64,000 bases of DNA from Candidatus Nomurabacteria bacterium GW2011_GWD2_36_14 (GCA_000991405.1 LBRL01000001.1:456466-520465); one strand, 5' to 3'. Counted from the first letter of the stretch, positions 1 to 10,900 are shown. Notes: generated from the sequence alone by a model not told the origin. Program-made: numbers and translations.

Positions 1-817
<817 letters not shown>

Positions 818-930
818 TTATTATTAATGATAATTGAGTCTTATAAGACTATTCTATCATAATTAAGTTCATTAAAAAAATAAGGTTTATTGGTATTCCA
901 GAACTTTATTATGTGTTACTATATTAATAT

Positions 931-2175
931 ATGAATAAGAAAAACCTATTTTATTGGTCACTTTATGATTTTGCCAATTCGTTCGTCTTTATTAATTTTT
1001 TGCTTTATTTTTCACAGTGGCTAGTGATTGATGGAGGGTTATCTGATTTCTGGTATAACGCAATTTTTGCCATAAGCTCAGTTATATTACTATTTTCTGG
1101 TCCTACACTCGCCTCTTTTACTGATAAGTTTGGAGGGAGAAAACATTTTCTTAAATTTTCAACATTTGGGACTATCTTAGGTTATGGTTTTGCAACTCTT
1201 CTGGCATACTTGAATCAACCAATGATTTTTATCGCCATATGCTTCCTAATTGGACAATATTTTTATCAATTATCTTTTATTTTTCATAACCCTATGATTG
1301 AAGATGTGGCAGACATAAATCATAGAGCGAGAGCCTCTGGAATTTGCCAATTCTCAAATAGCTTGGGTCAATTAATGGGTCTTGTGCTTTCACTCTTTTT
1401 TTCAAAAAATAGATTGGCATCTCTCCTCCCTTCAATAATTATATTTTTCCTTCTATCTTTGCCAATTCTAATTTATTTCAAAGAACAACAAATAAGGCAG
1501 GCAAAACTTAGTATTCAATCTTTCAGTAATGGTTCTAAAGAATTTTTTAGAAAGTTAGTTATTTTCTTCTCAGTTTCAGTGGCAGTTCCAGTGCTTGTAG
1601 CATTCTTTTTCTTTAATGATGCCCTTCTAACAGCGTCAAATAATTATTCTATTTATATGGAAAGAGTTTTCTCTATCCCAGATATGACTAAAAATATTAT
1701 TTTAATGACTATTCTTATAATGTCTGCTCTGGGTGGATTAACTTTTGGTAAAATTGCTGATAGAATTGGAGCATTGAAGTCCATAAAGATAATCCTTATA
1801 ACTTGGATTGTGTTGTTTCCAGGTTTGGGATTAGTGAAAACTATTCCTGGTTTAATTATTTGTTCTACTATGCTTGGTTTTACAATGGGCGGAATGGTTG
1901 CCGTAGTACGCGCATATTTGAGTCAGAAACTTAAGAAAGAAGAGTTTGGTTATGGATTTTCTTTCTATACATTATTTGAAAGATTTTCAACATTTTTTGG
2001 GCCACTAACATGGGGAGGATCAATTGCAATATTTGGAACTAGTGCAACTAGCTATCGCATAACGATGATATTTATGACTGTTTATATAGTAATTGGATTT
2101 TTAGTTATACAATTCTGGAAAATAAAACAACGCTCCACAAATCTTCAAACAGAACAAACCTCTTCGATGATATAA
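931..2175 (+). CDS. MFS transporter (UMF1/Atg22-like)
   Basis: About 12 hydrophobic segments; N-terminal WSLYDFANS motif; DKFGGRK and ADRIG loops. Confidence 0.85.
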   Translation: MNKKNLFYWSLYDFANSFVFINFLLYFSQWLVIDGGLSDFWYNAIFAISSVILLFSGPTLASFTDKFGGRKHFLKFSTFGTILGYGFATLLAYLNQPMIFIAICFLIGQYFYQLSFIFHNPMIEDVADINHRARASGICQFSNSLGQLMGLVLSLFFSKNRLASLLPSIIIFFLLSLPILIYFKEQQIRQAKLSIQSFSNGSKEFFRKLVIFFSVSVAVPVLVAFFFFNDALLTASNNYSIYMERVFSIPDMTKNIILMTILIMSALGGLTFGKIADRIGALKSIKIILITWIVLFPGLGLVKTIPGLIICSTMLGFTMGGMVAVVRAYLSQKLKKEEFGYGFSFYTLFERFSTFFGPLTWGGSIAIFGTSATSYRITMIFMTVYIVIGFLVIQFWKIKQRSTNLQTEQTSSMI

Positions 2176-2243
2176 ATATAGAACCTACAACAGCATTATC
2201 GCAAGGATGGTCACTACGATTTTGTGTTTAAAATTTACCTTAA

Positions 2244-2930
2244 TTATTTCAAGAGAAAACGAAGAGTTGAAACTAAACGGATCTTTTTATACTCAGGAGA
2301 GCCAGGATCTTTGTCTGTAATATCAAATACTCCTTGATTCCCTCTTGTAACACTTCCAACTACTGAATTTGAATTTTTAGCAAATTGTGAAGCTGTATCA
2401 CGAGCATTTTTTATTGCTTCAGCAAGCATTTCTGGCTTCACGCTATTTAAGTCAGAAAATTCAAAAGATATATTATTCTGGCTTAGTACCACTCCCCTTT
2501 TAACTAAGAGCAATGTCTCATTTGATGCTGATTTAGCAAGATCAACTTTCTTTGTATATACAGAAACTTGATTATTGGAATTGTATCTAAAGGCAGAACC
2601 TTTGTATGTATCTTGATAAATATTTACAGGAGCTGCATTTATTTCACTATCTTCAAAACCTTTTTCTTTTAGAAAAGATTTAATCGTTACAATGTTTTTT
2701 TCTATATCAGAATATAGTGAATCAACTTCATTTGATTTCACTTCAAAACTCATAGACCAAATAGCCGTATCAGCTTTCACAATCTTCTCAGAAAGACCCT
2801 TTACCTCCACATATGAACCTTGCTTTGAGAAATCATGAGCTGAGATAAAAAAGGCAACAGAAATTAATATAGCAAAAGCTACAATTGATAAACTTATAAA
2901 AGCAAACTTATTTTCTTTAATATTTTCCAT
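2244..2930 (-). CDS. SIMPL (DUF541) domain protein
   Basis: N-terminal TM, VEVKGLSEKIVKAD, KPEMLAEAIKNAR..A.QFA, C-terminal KKIRLVS. Confidence 0.85.
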   Translation of the reverse strand: MENIKENKFAFISLSIVAFAILISVAFFISAHDFSKQGSYVEVKGLSEKIVKADTAIWSMSFEVKSNEVDSLYSDIEKNIVTIKSFLKEKGFEDSEINAAPVNIYQDTYKGSAFRYNSNNQVSVYTKKVDLAKSASNETLLLVKRGVVLSQNNISFEFSDLNSVKPEMLAEAIKNARDTASQFAKNSNSVVGSVTRGNQGVFDITDKDPGSPEYKKIRLVSTLRFLLK

Positions 2931-2954
2931 ACATTAAGTATACCATATTTCCTG

Positions 2955-3041
2955 CGGAGCCGGCTGGATTCGAACCAGCGAGGGGTTTTATCCCCTGCAT
3001 CTTTAGCAAAGATGTACGTTAGACCACTCTGACACGGCTCC
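2955..3041 (-). tRNA. tRNA-Ser(GCT)
   Basis: Acceptor GGAGCCG/CGGCTCC, G73, anticodon arm CATCT-TTGCTAA-AGATG, long variable arm, TTCGAAT T-loop; CCA not encoded. Confidence 0.95.
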
Positions 3042-3136
3042 ATAATAACAATTATACCTTATCATATTTAAGATTTTTACTCAAAATTGTAATTTTATAT
3101 TTAAAGATAATTATGTTAATATAATCAGAGTTAAAA

Positions 3137-3223
3137 GGAGGATTGGATGAGTGGTTTAAATCAACGGTTTACTAAACCGTCGTACCTTAACCGGTACCGT
3201 GAGTTCGAATCTCACATCCTCCG
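3137..3223 (+). tRNA. tRNA-Ser with unusual ACT anticodon
   Basis: Acceptor GGAGGAT/ATCCTCC, G73, anticodon arm ACGGT-TTACTAA-ACCGT (ACT at 3171-3173), variable stem GTACC/GGTAC, T arm GTGAG-TTCGAAT-CTCAC. Confidence 0.9.
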
Positions 3224-3269
3224 CAAATTATATGGTATAATTATATTATTATTTAAATAATATAAATTT

Positions 3270-3677
3270 ATGCTTAAAGAATTCAAACAATTTTTACTTC
3301 GTGGTAATGTAGTTGACCTTGCTGTCGGTGTCGTCATTGGTGCAGCTTTCGGTACTATCGTCTCGTCCCTAGTTGCCGATATTCTCACTCCGCTTATTGG
3401 AGCTATCGCTAAAACGCCAGACTTCAATGGTCTTGTATTTACTATTAATGGTAGCAACTTCTTGTACGGACATTTTATAAATAGTCTCATCTCCTTCTTG
3501 CTGGTATCTGGCTCTGTCTTCTTCTTCGTAGTTAAGCCTATGAACTTGCTTATTGCTCGCTCTCGTTCTAAGAAGGAACTCCCTGCCGATCCTACCACCA
3601 AGAAGTGTACAGAGTGTCTAAGTGAAGTACCTATCGAAGCCAAGCGTTGCTCGCATTGTACAGAAGTCATAGCTTAA
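3270..3677 (+). CDS. mscL: Large-conductance mechanosensitive channel with C-terminal zinc ribbon
   Basis: MLKEFKQFLLRGNVVDLAVGVVIGAAFG signature; C-terminal CTEC...CSHC. Confidence 0.95.
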   Translation: MLKEFKQFLLRGNVVDLAVGVVIGAAFGTIVSSLVADILTPLIGAIAKTPDFNGLVFTINGSNFLYGHFINSLISFLLVSGSVFFFVVKPMNLLIARSRSKKELPADPTTKKCTECLSEVPIEAKRCSHCTEVIA

Positions 3678-3714
3678 TCTTCTTAAAAAGTTAAAACCTG
3701 TTATACTATATAAT

Positions 3715-4470
3715 ATGGACTCGAAAGACGATATAGAGAAAATTAAAAAAGAAAATGAGAAGTTAAAATTTATTAATGAGAATAAGTCTGACTTGGTCTC
3801 TGTATCTGCTCATCAGCTACGAACTTCCCTATCAGCTCTCAAGTGGACGTTGAAAATGTTTGACGACGGCGAGCTAGGCAATATAAACGACGAGCAAAAG
3901 AAATATATCGGGAAGGCTATAGAGAGCAACGAGCACGCTATAGATCTAGTGAACTACCTTCTGACTTTCAACAACTTAGAGGATACTTCCATGGCTTTCG
4001 ACTTTAAAAAGGTTTCTATTTTAGATATTTTAGGAAAAGTTATCGACGAATTCTACGGCGAACTTAGAAATAAAAATATCAAATTGACATTTATAAAACC
4101 AGCGACAGATATACCTGATGTGAAATGCGACAAAGAAATGATTACCGTCGCAATTCAAAGCTTGATAGAAAACGCCATCAAATATAGTCAAAATAACGAA
4201 GAGATTAATATAGATTTAAAGTATGATCCCAAGAATAATGAAATTCTGATATCTATTCATGATCAAGGTATAGGTATCAAGAAAGAGGACCAGCTAAAAA
4301 TATTCAATAAATTCTACCGGGCACCAAATGCAATCAAGAAGGAAACTACTGGCTCTGGACTTGGACTCTTCACAACAAAAAGCATTGTCGAAAGGCACAA
4401 TGGCAAAATATGGTTTGAAAGTTCTAGAGAATCAGGAACTTCCTTCTTTATATTATTGCCCATATCTTAA
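3715..4470 (+). CDS. Cytoplasmic sensor histidine kinase (HisKA + HATPase_c)
   Basis: H-box SAHQLRTSL, N-box ENAIKYS, DQGIGI, F-box IFNKFYR, GSGLGL; no TM or sensor domain. Confidence 0.92.
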   Translation: MDSKDDIEKIKKENEKLKFINENKSDLVSVSAHQLRTSLSALKWTLKMFDDGELGNINDEQKKYIGKAIESNEHAIDLVNYLLTFNNLEDTSMAFDFKKVSILDILGKVIDEFYGELRNKNIKLTFIKPATDIPDVKCDKEMITVAIQSLIENAIKYSQNNEEINIDLKYDPKNNEILISIHDQGIGIKKEDQLKIFNKFYRAPNAIKKETTGSGLGLFTTKSIVERHNGKIWFESSRESGTSFFILLPIS

Positions 4471-4493
4471 TCATTGTGGTATAATAACAACAT

Positions 4494-4856
4494 ATGAAGA
4501 GAGTACTTATAATAGAAGACGACGATTTCCTACAAGGACTTGAAGCCAAGAAAATATTGAACAGTGGATATGATGTTTTGTCTGCGCAAACTGGAGAAGA
4601 TGCCATGAAGAAGATTCTAGAACCCAACGTAGATGTAATACTACTAGACCTACTACTTCCCAACTTCGATGGATTCGAAATTTTAAAGAAGATTAAAGAG
4701 AACGATAAGACCAAGAATATCCCCGTCATAATCTTCTCAAATTTATCTGAGAACAAAGACATAGAAAAGGCTATTAGTCTGGGGGCCACGAAGTTCATGG
4801 TCAAGTCCAACTTCTCCCTTGAAGAACTTATGGAGCAAATCAAAAAGCTAATATAA
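4494..4856 (+). CDS. Single-domain response regulator (CheY-like receiver)
   Basis: LIIEDD, ILLDLLLPNFDGFEIL, IPVIIFSN, MVKS. Confidence 0.93.
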   Translation: MKRVLIIEDDDFLQGLEAKKILNSGYDVLSAQTGEDAMKKILEPNVDVILLDLLLPNFDGFEILKKIKENDKTKNIPVIIFSNLSENKDIEKAISLGATKFMVKSNFSLEELMEQIKKLI

Positions 4857-4884
4857 ATAACACCGAGATGCCTCGGTGTTATTT
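4855..4884. repeat. Palindromic hairpin (terminator or REP-like)
   Basis: AAATAACACCGAG-ATGC-CTCGGTGTTATTT between response regulator and recG. Confidence 0.55.
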
Positions 4885-4904
4885 TGTATGTTACAATATA
4901 CATT

Positions 4905-7178
4905 ATGAAACTAGATGACAAGATTGAGCTACATTTTCGAATTGATATAAACCAAAAGAAAGCGCTGGGACAGCTTGGACTCAAAACCTTAAAGGATCTT
5001 CTGTATCATTTCCCCTCTCGCTACAGTGATATAAGTGAGGTCAGAAATATAAACACCCTCACTGACGGCGAGAACGTTACAGTACTTGGCAATATATCAG
5101 GTCTCAAAACGAAAAAGGGTTTCAAGAGTAAGATCCCAATGGGTCAGGCAACTTTGAAAGATTTGACTGGCTCTATCAATATCATATGGTTCCACCAGCC
5201 TTACTTGGCAAAAATGCTAAAGGAAGGAGCAACCGTCCGTGTAACAGGGAAAGTATCTGAGAGTAAAACTTATGGGCTAACACTAACAAACCCAGAAATC
5301 ACAAAGGAGGATATTCTGCCGATAGATATACATGATTCATTGTTTAGTAGCAAAGAAGGGGCACAGACCCAATTCGGTTTTCCAGTCTACAGAGAGTCGC
5401 GAGGTATCACTTCTAAGTGGTTCTACCATGCCATTGGAAAAATATTAAAACAAAGTTGTGTCACAAATATTGTCGACTATATACCGAGCGATATTTTAAA
5501 TACCTACAAACTGCCAGCCTTGCACACGGCTCTATTCTGGATACATATGCCACAGAAGAAAGAGCATGCAGAGATAGCTCGCAAAAGATTTGCATTTGAA
5601 GAAGTCTTCTTCATCCAGCTTGCTCGCCAACAAGAGAAGAAGAAGTATCAAGAAAACTTTTCTTATAAATTGAAAATTCCTCACAAGGACGTGACGGACT
5701 TCATATCACGTTTCCCCTTCACTCCTACGAAAGCACAGACACATACAATAGATACGATACTAGAAGATTTTATAAAAGATAAGCCAATGTCTCGTCTAAT
5801 CGAGGGAGACGTGGGGTCTGGTAAAACTTTCGTCGCTGCTACTGTCGCTTATGCAGTTATCAAGAATACAACTGGAACTTCACGATATGGAGACTTTGGT
5901 AACCTTCAAGTCGCGTACATGGCTCCGACCGAAGTGCTGGCAACGCAACTTTTTGAGAACTTTATAGGATACTTTGAGCACACTGGTATATCTGTCGCTC
6001 TTATGACTGGCTCTGGATGTAGGAAGTATCCTAGTAAGAGTGCGAGGTGGGAGAATGGCTCACAAGTAAAAACTTGGACGACAATTTCGAAAAGCCAACT
6101 TTTGAAATGGATTAAAAATGGAGAGATACCTATCGTGATCGGTACTCATGCTCTCATATCGAAAACTGTAGAATTCAAAGATTTAGGATTAGTTATAATA
6201 GACGAACAACACCGCTTTGGTACAAACCAAAGAATGAAACTAGTGAAGAAGCATGGCCACGCTCCACACTATTTATCCATGACGGCCACCCCTATCCCCC
6301 GTACACTCGCTCTCACTATCTACGGAGACTTGGATTTAAGTATTATCGATGAAATGCCTTTGGGGCGTAAAAAAGTAATAACCGAAATAGTTCCTGAGAA
6401 TAAAAGAGGGGATTCTTATGAGAAAATAAAAAAGGAATTAGAAGCTGGTAGACAACTATACGTTATTTGTCCGAAGATAGGTGAGGAGTTCGGACAAAGT
6501 GTTTCAGGAAGCATTACGGAGGCTGTCGAGCCGAGTACTAGCAAAAATCTCAGCAGAGATTTATTGCGTGCTGACGGAAATACTTTGTCCGAACTCCGAA
6601 CCGTTAATGATGAGGCAAGGCGACTTAAAAAAGATATTTTCCAAAATTACAATATCGATATCATGCACAGTAAGATGACGAAAGAAAAGAAAGAGAAAGT
6701 CATGAAGGACTTTGCGGAAAAGAAAATAGATATCCTTGTTTCTACTTCTGTAATAGAAGTAGGAGTAAATGTACCAAACGCCACAGTTATAATAATAGAA
6801 GGATCTGAACGTTTCGGGCTTGCCCAGCTTCACCAGCTCCGTGGACGAGTTATTCGTTCAAATTATCAGTCCTACTGTTACCTATTTGCCGATGCTAAAA
6901 GTAATAAGACTATAGATAGACTTAAGGCCTTGACCAAAGCTACCAATGGCTTTGAGCTTGCCGAACTCGATTTACAGCTCCGCGGAGCAGGACTCCTCTC
7001 TGGCGACAAGCAATGGGGTATTACAGACCTTGGCATGGAAGCTATCAAGAATATTAAGATGGTAGAAGCCGCCCGCACCGAAGCAATAAGAATAGTAGAG
7101 AGTGATATAGATCTAAAATCTTCCCCTCTCCTCTCCAAAACTCTCTTAGAAAAAAATCTAAAACTGCATTTTGAATAG
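4905..7178 (+). CDS. recG: ATP-dependent DNA helicase RecG
   Basis: OB wedge domain, GDVGSGKT, DEQHRFG, MTATPIPRT, QLHQLRGRV; start taken at MKLDDK. Confidence 0.97.
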   Translation: MKLDDKIELHFRIDINQKKALGQLGLKTLKDLLYHFPSRYSDISEVRNINTLTDGENVTVLGNISGLKTKKGFKSKIPMGQATLKDLTGSINIIWFHQPYLAKMLKEGATVRVTGKVSESKTYGLTLTNPEITKEDILPIDIHDSLFSSKEGAQTQFGFPVYRESRGITSKWFYHAIGKILKQSCVTNIVDYIPSDILNTYKLPALHTALFWIHMPQKKEHAEIARKRFAFEEVFFIQLARQQEKKKYQENFSYKLKIPHKDVTDFISRFPFTPTKAQTHTIDTILEDFIKDKPMSRLIEGDVGSGKTFVAATVAYAVIKNTTGTSRYGDFGNLQVAYMAPTEVLATQLFENFIGYFEHTGISVALMTGSGCRKYPSKSARWENGSQVKTWTTISKSQLLKWIKNGEIPIVIGTHALISKTVEFKDLGLVIIDEQHRFGTNQRMKLVKKHGHAPHYLSMTATPIPRTLALTIYGDLDLSIIDEMPLGRKKVITEIVPENKRGDSYEKIKKELEAGRQLYVICPKIGEEFGQSVSGSITEAVEPSTSKNLSRDLLRADGNTLSELRTVNDEARRLKKDIFQNYNIDIMHSKMTKEKKEKVMKDFAEKKIDILVSTSVIEVGVNVPNATVIIIEGSERFGLAQLHQLRGRVIRSNYQSYCYLFADAKSNKTIDRLKALTKATNGFELAELDLQLRGAGLLSGDKQWGITDLGMEAIKNIKMVEAARTEAIRIVESDIDLKSSPLLSKTLLEKNLKLHFE

Positions 7179-7181
7179 AAA

Positions 7182-7215
7182 TTACAATTAAGAAACGGCC
7201 GTTTCTTAATTGTAA
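7182..7215. terminator. Perfect 34-bp palindrome between convergent recG and tRNA-Ile
   Basis: TTACAATTAAGAAACGG|CCGTTTCTTAATTGTAA. Confidence 0.55.
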
Positions 7216-7234
7216 AATTATATTTTTATAATTG

Positions 7235-7308
7235 TCCGTCCTCTAGGATTCGAACCTAGGACCCCAGAGGTATAAGCTCTGTGCTCTAACCAACTGAGCT
7301 AAGGACGG
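7235..7308 (-). tRNA. tRNA-Ile(TAT)
   Basis: Reverse complement folds CCGTCCT/AGGACGG acceptor, A73, GCTC/GAGC D stem, CAGAG-CTTATAC-CTCTG anticodon arm, CTAGG-TTCGAAT-CCTAG. Confidence 0.9.
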
Positions 7309-7353
7309 ATTGGTTAAACTAAACATATATTACATAAAAACAGCCCAATAAGC

Positions 7354-7389
7354 AACCAACCCCGAAGCGAAGCTTCGGGGTTGGTTTTA
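7354..7389. terminator. Stem-loop downstream of ftsH
   Basis: AACCAACCCCGAAGC-GAA-GCTTCGGGGTTGGTT-like GC-rich inverted repeat. Confidence 0.65.
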
Positions 7390-7406
7390 TTTGTTTACTT
7401 TCTACT

Positions 7407-9290
7407 TCACTTCTTCCTTTTTTTCGGCACTATTCCATTCGCTACTATTATCTCATTGTATTCGGCTTGTTCGAGAGTTTCTACTTCTATTAATTTACTT
7501 GCAATAGCGTCTAGAACTTTTCTCTTTTCTGTCAGAACTTGTTTTGCAACAGCAAAGGCATTATTCATGATCTTCGAGACTTCTCCATCTATAAGAGCAC
7601 TGACTCTCTCAGAATACTCTTTATCATTTACCCCCTGACCGAACATTGTGCGCCCGCCATCACTCTCAAGAGCTATTGGACCTATCTCGCTACTCATCCC
7701 CCACCTTGTGACCATTGCTCGAGCTAGACTTGTCGCTACTTGAAGGTCGTTCGATGGACCTGTTGTAATATCTCCGAAGACCATTTCTTCTGCGACATAT
7801 CCACCGAGTGACATTGCTATGTCATCTAGGAATTCTTTCTTGCTTTGAAGTCTTCTTTCTTCTAAAGGAAGCTTGAGTGTGTAGCCTCCAGCACTTCCAC
7901 GAGAAACAATTGAAACTTTGTGAACTGGATCAGCATGAGGAAGCACAGATGCCACGAGTGCATGCCCTGCTTCATGATAAGCGGTAATTTCCTTTTCTTG
8001 TTTTGAAAGCAAGTGACTCTTCCTCTCGGGGCCCATCATTACTTTCTCAATGGAACGTACAAGGTCGAACTGGGCAATCTTCTTCCTATCTTCTCTCGCT
8101 GCAAGTATCGCTCCTTCATTCATAATAGAGAAAAGGTCAGCTCCTGAAAATCCGGGAGTCCTCTCTGCTATAACTTTCAAATTCACATCTTCGGCAAAAG
8201 GCTTCTTGCGAGAATGAATAGCGAGAATATCTTCGCGGTCTTTTCTATCAGGAAGATCTAGTAGTACTCTTCTGTCGAATCTTCCTGGGCGAAGAAGCGC
8301 TGGATCTAGCACATCACCTCTATTTGTCGCCGCCATCACTATTACCTTTTCATTGGGTTCAAATCCGTCCATCTCCACAAGTATCTGGTTCAAAGTCTGC
8401 TCACGTTCATCGTTGCCTCCTCCTACTCCTGTACCACGTACTCGCCCGACGGCATCTATTTCGTCAATAAAGACGATTGATGGTGCAGCCTTTTTGGCCA
8501 TTTTGAATAAATCCCGGACGCGGGAAGCTCCCACCCCTACGAACATTTCTACAAATTCAGAACCTGAAAGATGGAAAAATGGTACTTCTGCTTCTCCTGC
8601 TACAGCTCTAGCTAGCAAGGTCTTGCCTGTACCTGGTTGCCCAGTTAGAAGTACACCCTTTGGAATTCTTGCTCCAATATCTAAAAACTTTTTAGGATTC
8701 TTTAGGAAGTCTACAATTTCTTTCAATTCTTCTTTGGCTTCTTTCGCTCCGGCGACATCTTTGAAGGTTACTTTGTTGTTCTTGTCATCTGGGTCTGTAA
8801 TGCGAGCCTTGGATTGTCCGAAGGTGAAAGCTTGCATACCTTGACCTTTGGCCTGACGTGTAAGCATCCAGAATAAAAACATAATGAGGAATACTGGAAG
8901 TAAGAACGGTAGAATACTAAGTATCCAATACATGAAGCCAGACTCCGTCTTTATTTCAATCGGAGTAGAAGTAATCTGTGCCGGAGTCACTCCGTAATTG
9001 TACAAAGTCTCGGAGAGAGAACTCTCTAGCTCCTTTTTGGCTATACCTTTTGTCTTGTCCTTAAAGTCAATATTGATGTCGCCTCCTGAAACAGTAATTT
9101 TCTCAATAGTTCCATCTACAACACTTTTGGCAACGTCTGAAATAGCCATTTTCTTCACATCATCGCCCTTCTTTGTGAAAAAAGTATAAGCGACAGTAAT
9201 CGCCATGAAAATAAAGATGGCAATTACTATTTGGTTCATTATATTGGGGATCTTTGGTTGGGTTGGTTTTTTGTTTGTTTTTGGGTTCAT
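7407..9290 (-). CDS. ftsH: ATP-dependent zinc metalloprotease FtsH
   Basis: Two TM segments, [23 protein letters not shown]; start taken at MNPKTN. Confidence 0.98.
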   Translation of the reverse strand: MNPKTNKKPTQPKIPNIMNQIVIAIFIFMAITVAYTFFTKKGDDVKKMAISDVAKSVVDGTIEKITVSGGDINIDFKDKTKGIAKKELESSLSETLYNYGVTPAQITSTPIEIKTESGFMYWILSILPFLLPVFLIMFLFWMLTRQAKGQGMQAFTFGQSKARITDPDDKNNKVTFKDVAGAKEAKEELKEIVDFLKNPKKFLDIGARIPKGVLLTGQPGTGKTLLARAVAGEAEVPFFHLSGSEFVEMFVGVGASRVRDLFKMAKKAAPSIVFIDEIDAVGRVRGTGVGGGNDEREQTLNQILVEMDGFEPNEKVIVMAATNRGDVLDPALLRPGRFDRRVLLDLPDRKDREDILAIHSRKKPFAEDVNLKVIAERTPGFSGADLFSIMNEGAILAAREDRKKIAQFDLVRSIEKVMMGPERKSHLLSKQEKEITAYHEAGHALVASVLPHADPVHKVSIVSRGSAGGYTLKLPLEERRLQSKKEFLDDIAMSLGGYVAEEMVFGDITTGPSNDLQVATSLARAMVTRWGMSSEIGPIALESDGGRTMFGQGVNDKEYSERVSALIDGEVSKIMNNAFAVAKQVLTEKRKVLDAIASKLIEVETLEQAEYNEIIVANGIVPKKRKK

Positions 9291-9534
9291 AATATATTGC
9301 ATTATACACAAAATATGGCTAAATAAAAATGCTTACTGTTTAAAAAAACAATAAGCATTTTAATTAGACTTGAAAACAGTGAACTTCAGGCCAGGCTTTG
9401 GGAGTAGTTGAGTTCTTGCTCCCGTGCCTCATTGTGAAAAAACAATTGTAGTTAAAGTCATTAAATCAAATTTAAAATAAAGAGTCAATGCTCTGTTTTG
9501 ATATTATTCATTATAACTGGTAACATAAGAGAAT

Positions 9535-9987
9535 ATGGCAACATATATAGACAATAGAAAAGCACACTTTAACTATAGTATAGAAGAAACATTCGAAGCT
9601 GGAATAGAGCTTTATGGTTTTGAAGTTAAAGCAATAAAAAATGGACAAGGAAGCATTACTTCGGCTTTTTGTATAATCCGTGGCGGTGAAGCTTATATTA
9701 TGAATTTACACATTCCTCCATACCAACCCAACAACGTCGATCCTGCATATGATCCCGACAGAACACGAAAACTATTATTATCAAAAAAGGAGATTAAGAA
9801 ACTCGCGGATAAGGATGATACGAAAGGATTGACTCTTATTCCCCTTTCATTGTATAGTAAAGGACGCTACATAAAGGTCTCTATAGCTGTCGCTCGTGGA
9901 AAGAAAGTTTTCGACAAAAGAGAAACTATCAAGAAACGGGAAACAGATAGAGAAATAAGTAGAGAGTTTAAAATAATTAAAAATTAG
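9535..9987 (+). CDS. smpB: SsrA-binding protein
   Basis: NRKAHFNY..EAGIEL.G.EVK, RTRKLLL, DKRETIK; adjacent to tmRNA. Confidence 0.98.
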   Translation: MATYIDNRKAHFNYSIEETFEAGIELYGFEVKAIKNGQGSITSAFCIIRGGEAYIMNLHIPPYQPNNVDPAYDPDRTRKLLLSKKEIKKLADKDDTKGLTLIPLSLYSKGRYIKVSIAVARGKKVFDKRETIKKRETDREISREFKIIKN

Positions 9988-10048
9988 TAATTAATAATTA
10001 AAAATTGAAATCCAAAATTCTTAATTCATAATTATTAATTATTAATTG
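9974..10048. repeat. AATTNNN heptamer repeats in two inverted arms
   Basis: AATTAAA AATTAGT AATTAAT AATTAAA ... AATTCTT AATTCAT AATTATT AATTATT; similar tract at 40438-40470. Confidence 0.5.
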
Positions 10049-10072
10049 AAATTTTCTTTGAAAATTTCATAG

Positions 10073-10462
10073 GGGGATGATCGGTTTCGACAATAGGAAT
10101 CATCTTATATATGCATGTAAAGTACTCAGGAATCTTTTAAAACTTCTTGGAAAAGACTAAGTGCAAACAAAGTCGCAAAAGTAAAGTCTCCATACTTCGG
10201 TATGAACAGCTTTGCTTTCGCTTTCGCCTAATTTAGGCCCGAGCGATGTCTGCCCTCTTTACATCCGATACAGAGGGTGGGCATAATTCATCGGATTACG
10301 AATTTACAACCGCTTGCTGTAAATTCCGACAATTTAAAGCTCGGTGTTTATTTTTCTTGTATGTTCTCTAGAATAAACATTTAAACCCAAGTTGAACACT
10401 CTAAACATGTAGACTTCTATAAGATTTCCCCTTGCACGCGGGTCCGATTCCCGCCATCTCCA
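10073..10462 (+). ncRNA. ssrA: tmRNA
   Basis: 5' GGGGATGATCGGTTTCGAC pairs with 3' CATCTCC-A; T arm GCGGG-TCCGATT-CCCGC; tag ORF 10163-10231 ANKVAKVKSPYFGMNSFAFAFA*. Confidence 0.96.
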
Positions 10463-10900
10463 CAATATTGAAAAAACCCTTATTTTATAAGGGGTTTTTC
10501 AATATTGTGGAGATGAGCTTTGTCTCTGCAGACAAAGCGTGCGGGGAATCGGAGACCCTTTCCGTGTGAGAGTACTCACGAACGGAAAAGGTGTACTGAC
10601 CCTGTAAGGGTCGATAAGTGTACTCACGGTCCCGCCTCGGGAATCGGAAGACGGAGCGCCGATTAGTAAATCGTGTCGTGAGACAAGGTACGAGTCGCAC
10701 GTAAGTCATTTTACTAAATGAGGGTCGCGAGATTTTTCAACAGAAAAATACTTGTGACCGAAAGTGTATTCACGGTTCCCACCATCGCGTGTGGGAGGTG
10801 AAGACCCTGAGCTTGTGATTTTAAATTGAGATTTAAAATCACGCGAAGGATGTACAGAATCTGTAAGGTTCGATAAGTGTACTCACGGTCCCACCATCTT
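10455..10900. repeat. Structured GC-rich repeat tract after tmRNA
   Basis: Inverted copy of the tmRNA 3' end, then three related units ending AAGTGTA(C/T)TCACGG(T)TCCC(G/A)CC. Confidence 0.7.

Noticed and set aside
10485-10709. 74-aa ORF in the post-tmRNA tract
   Set aside because: Lies wholly within hairpin/repeat DNA and has no protein-like features; likely spurious
10541-10898. Possible CRISPR array
   Set aside because: Only three degenerate units of unequal length with structured interiors; no cas genes in the window
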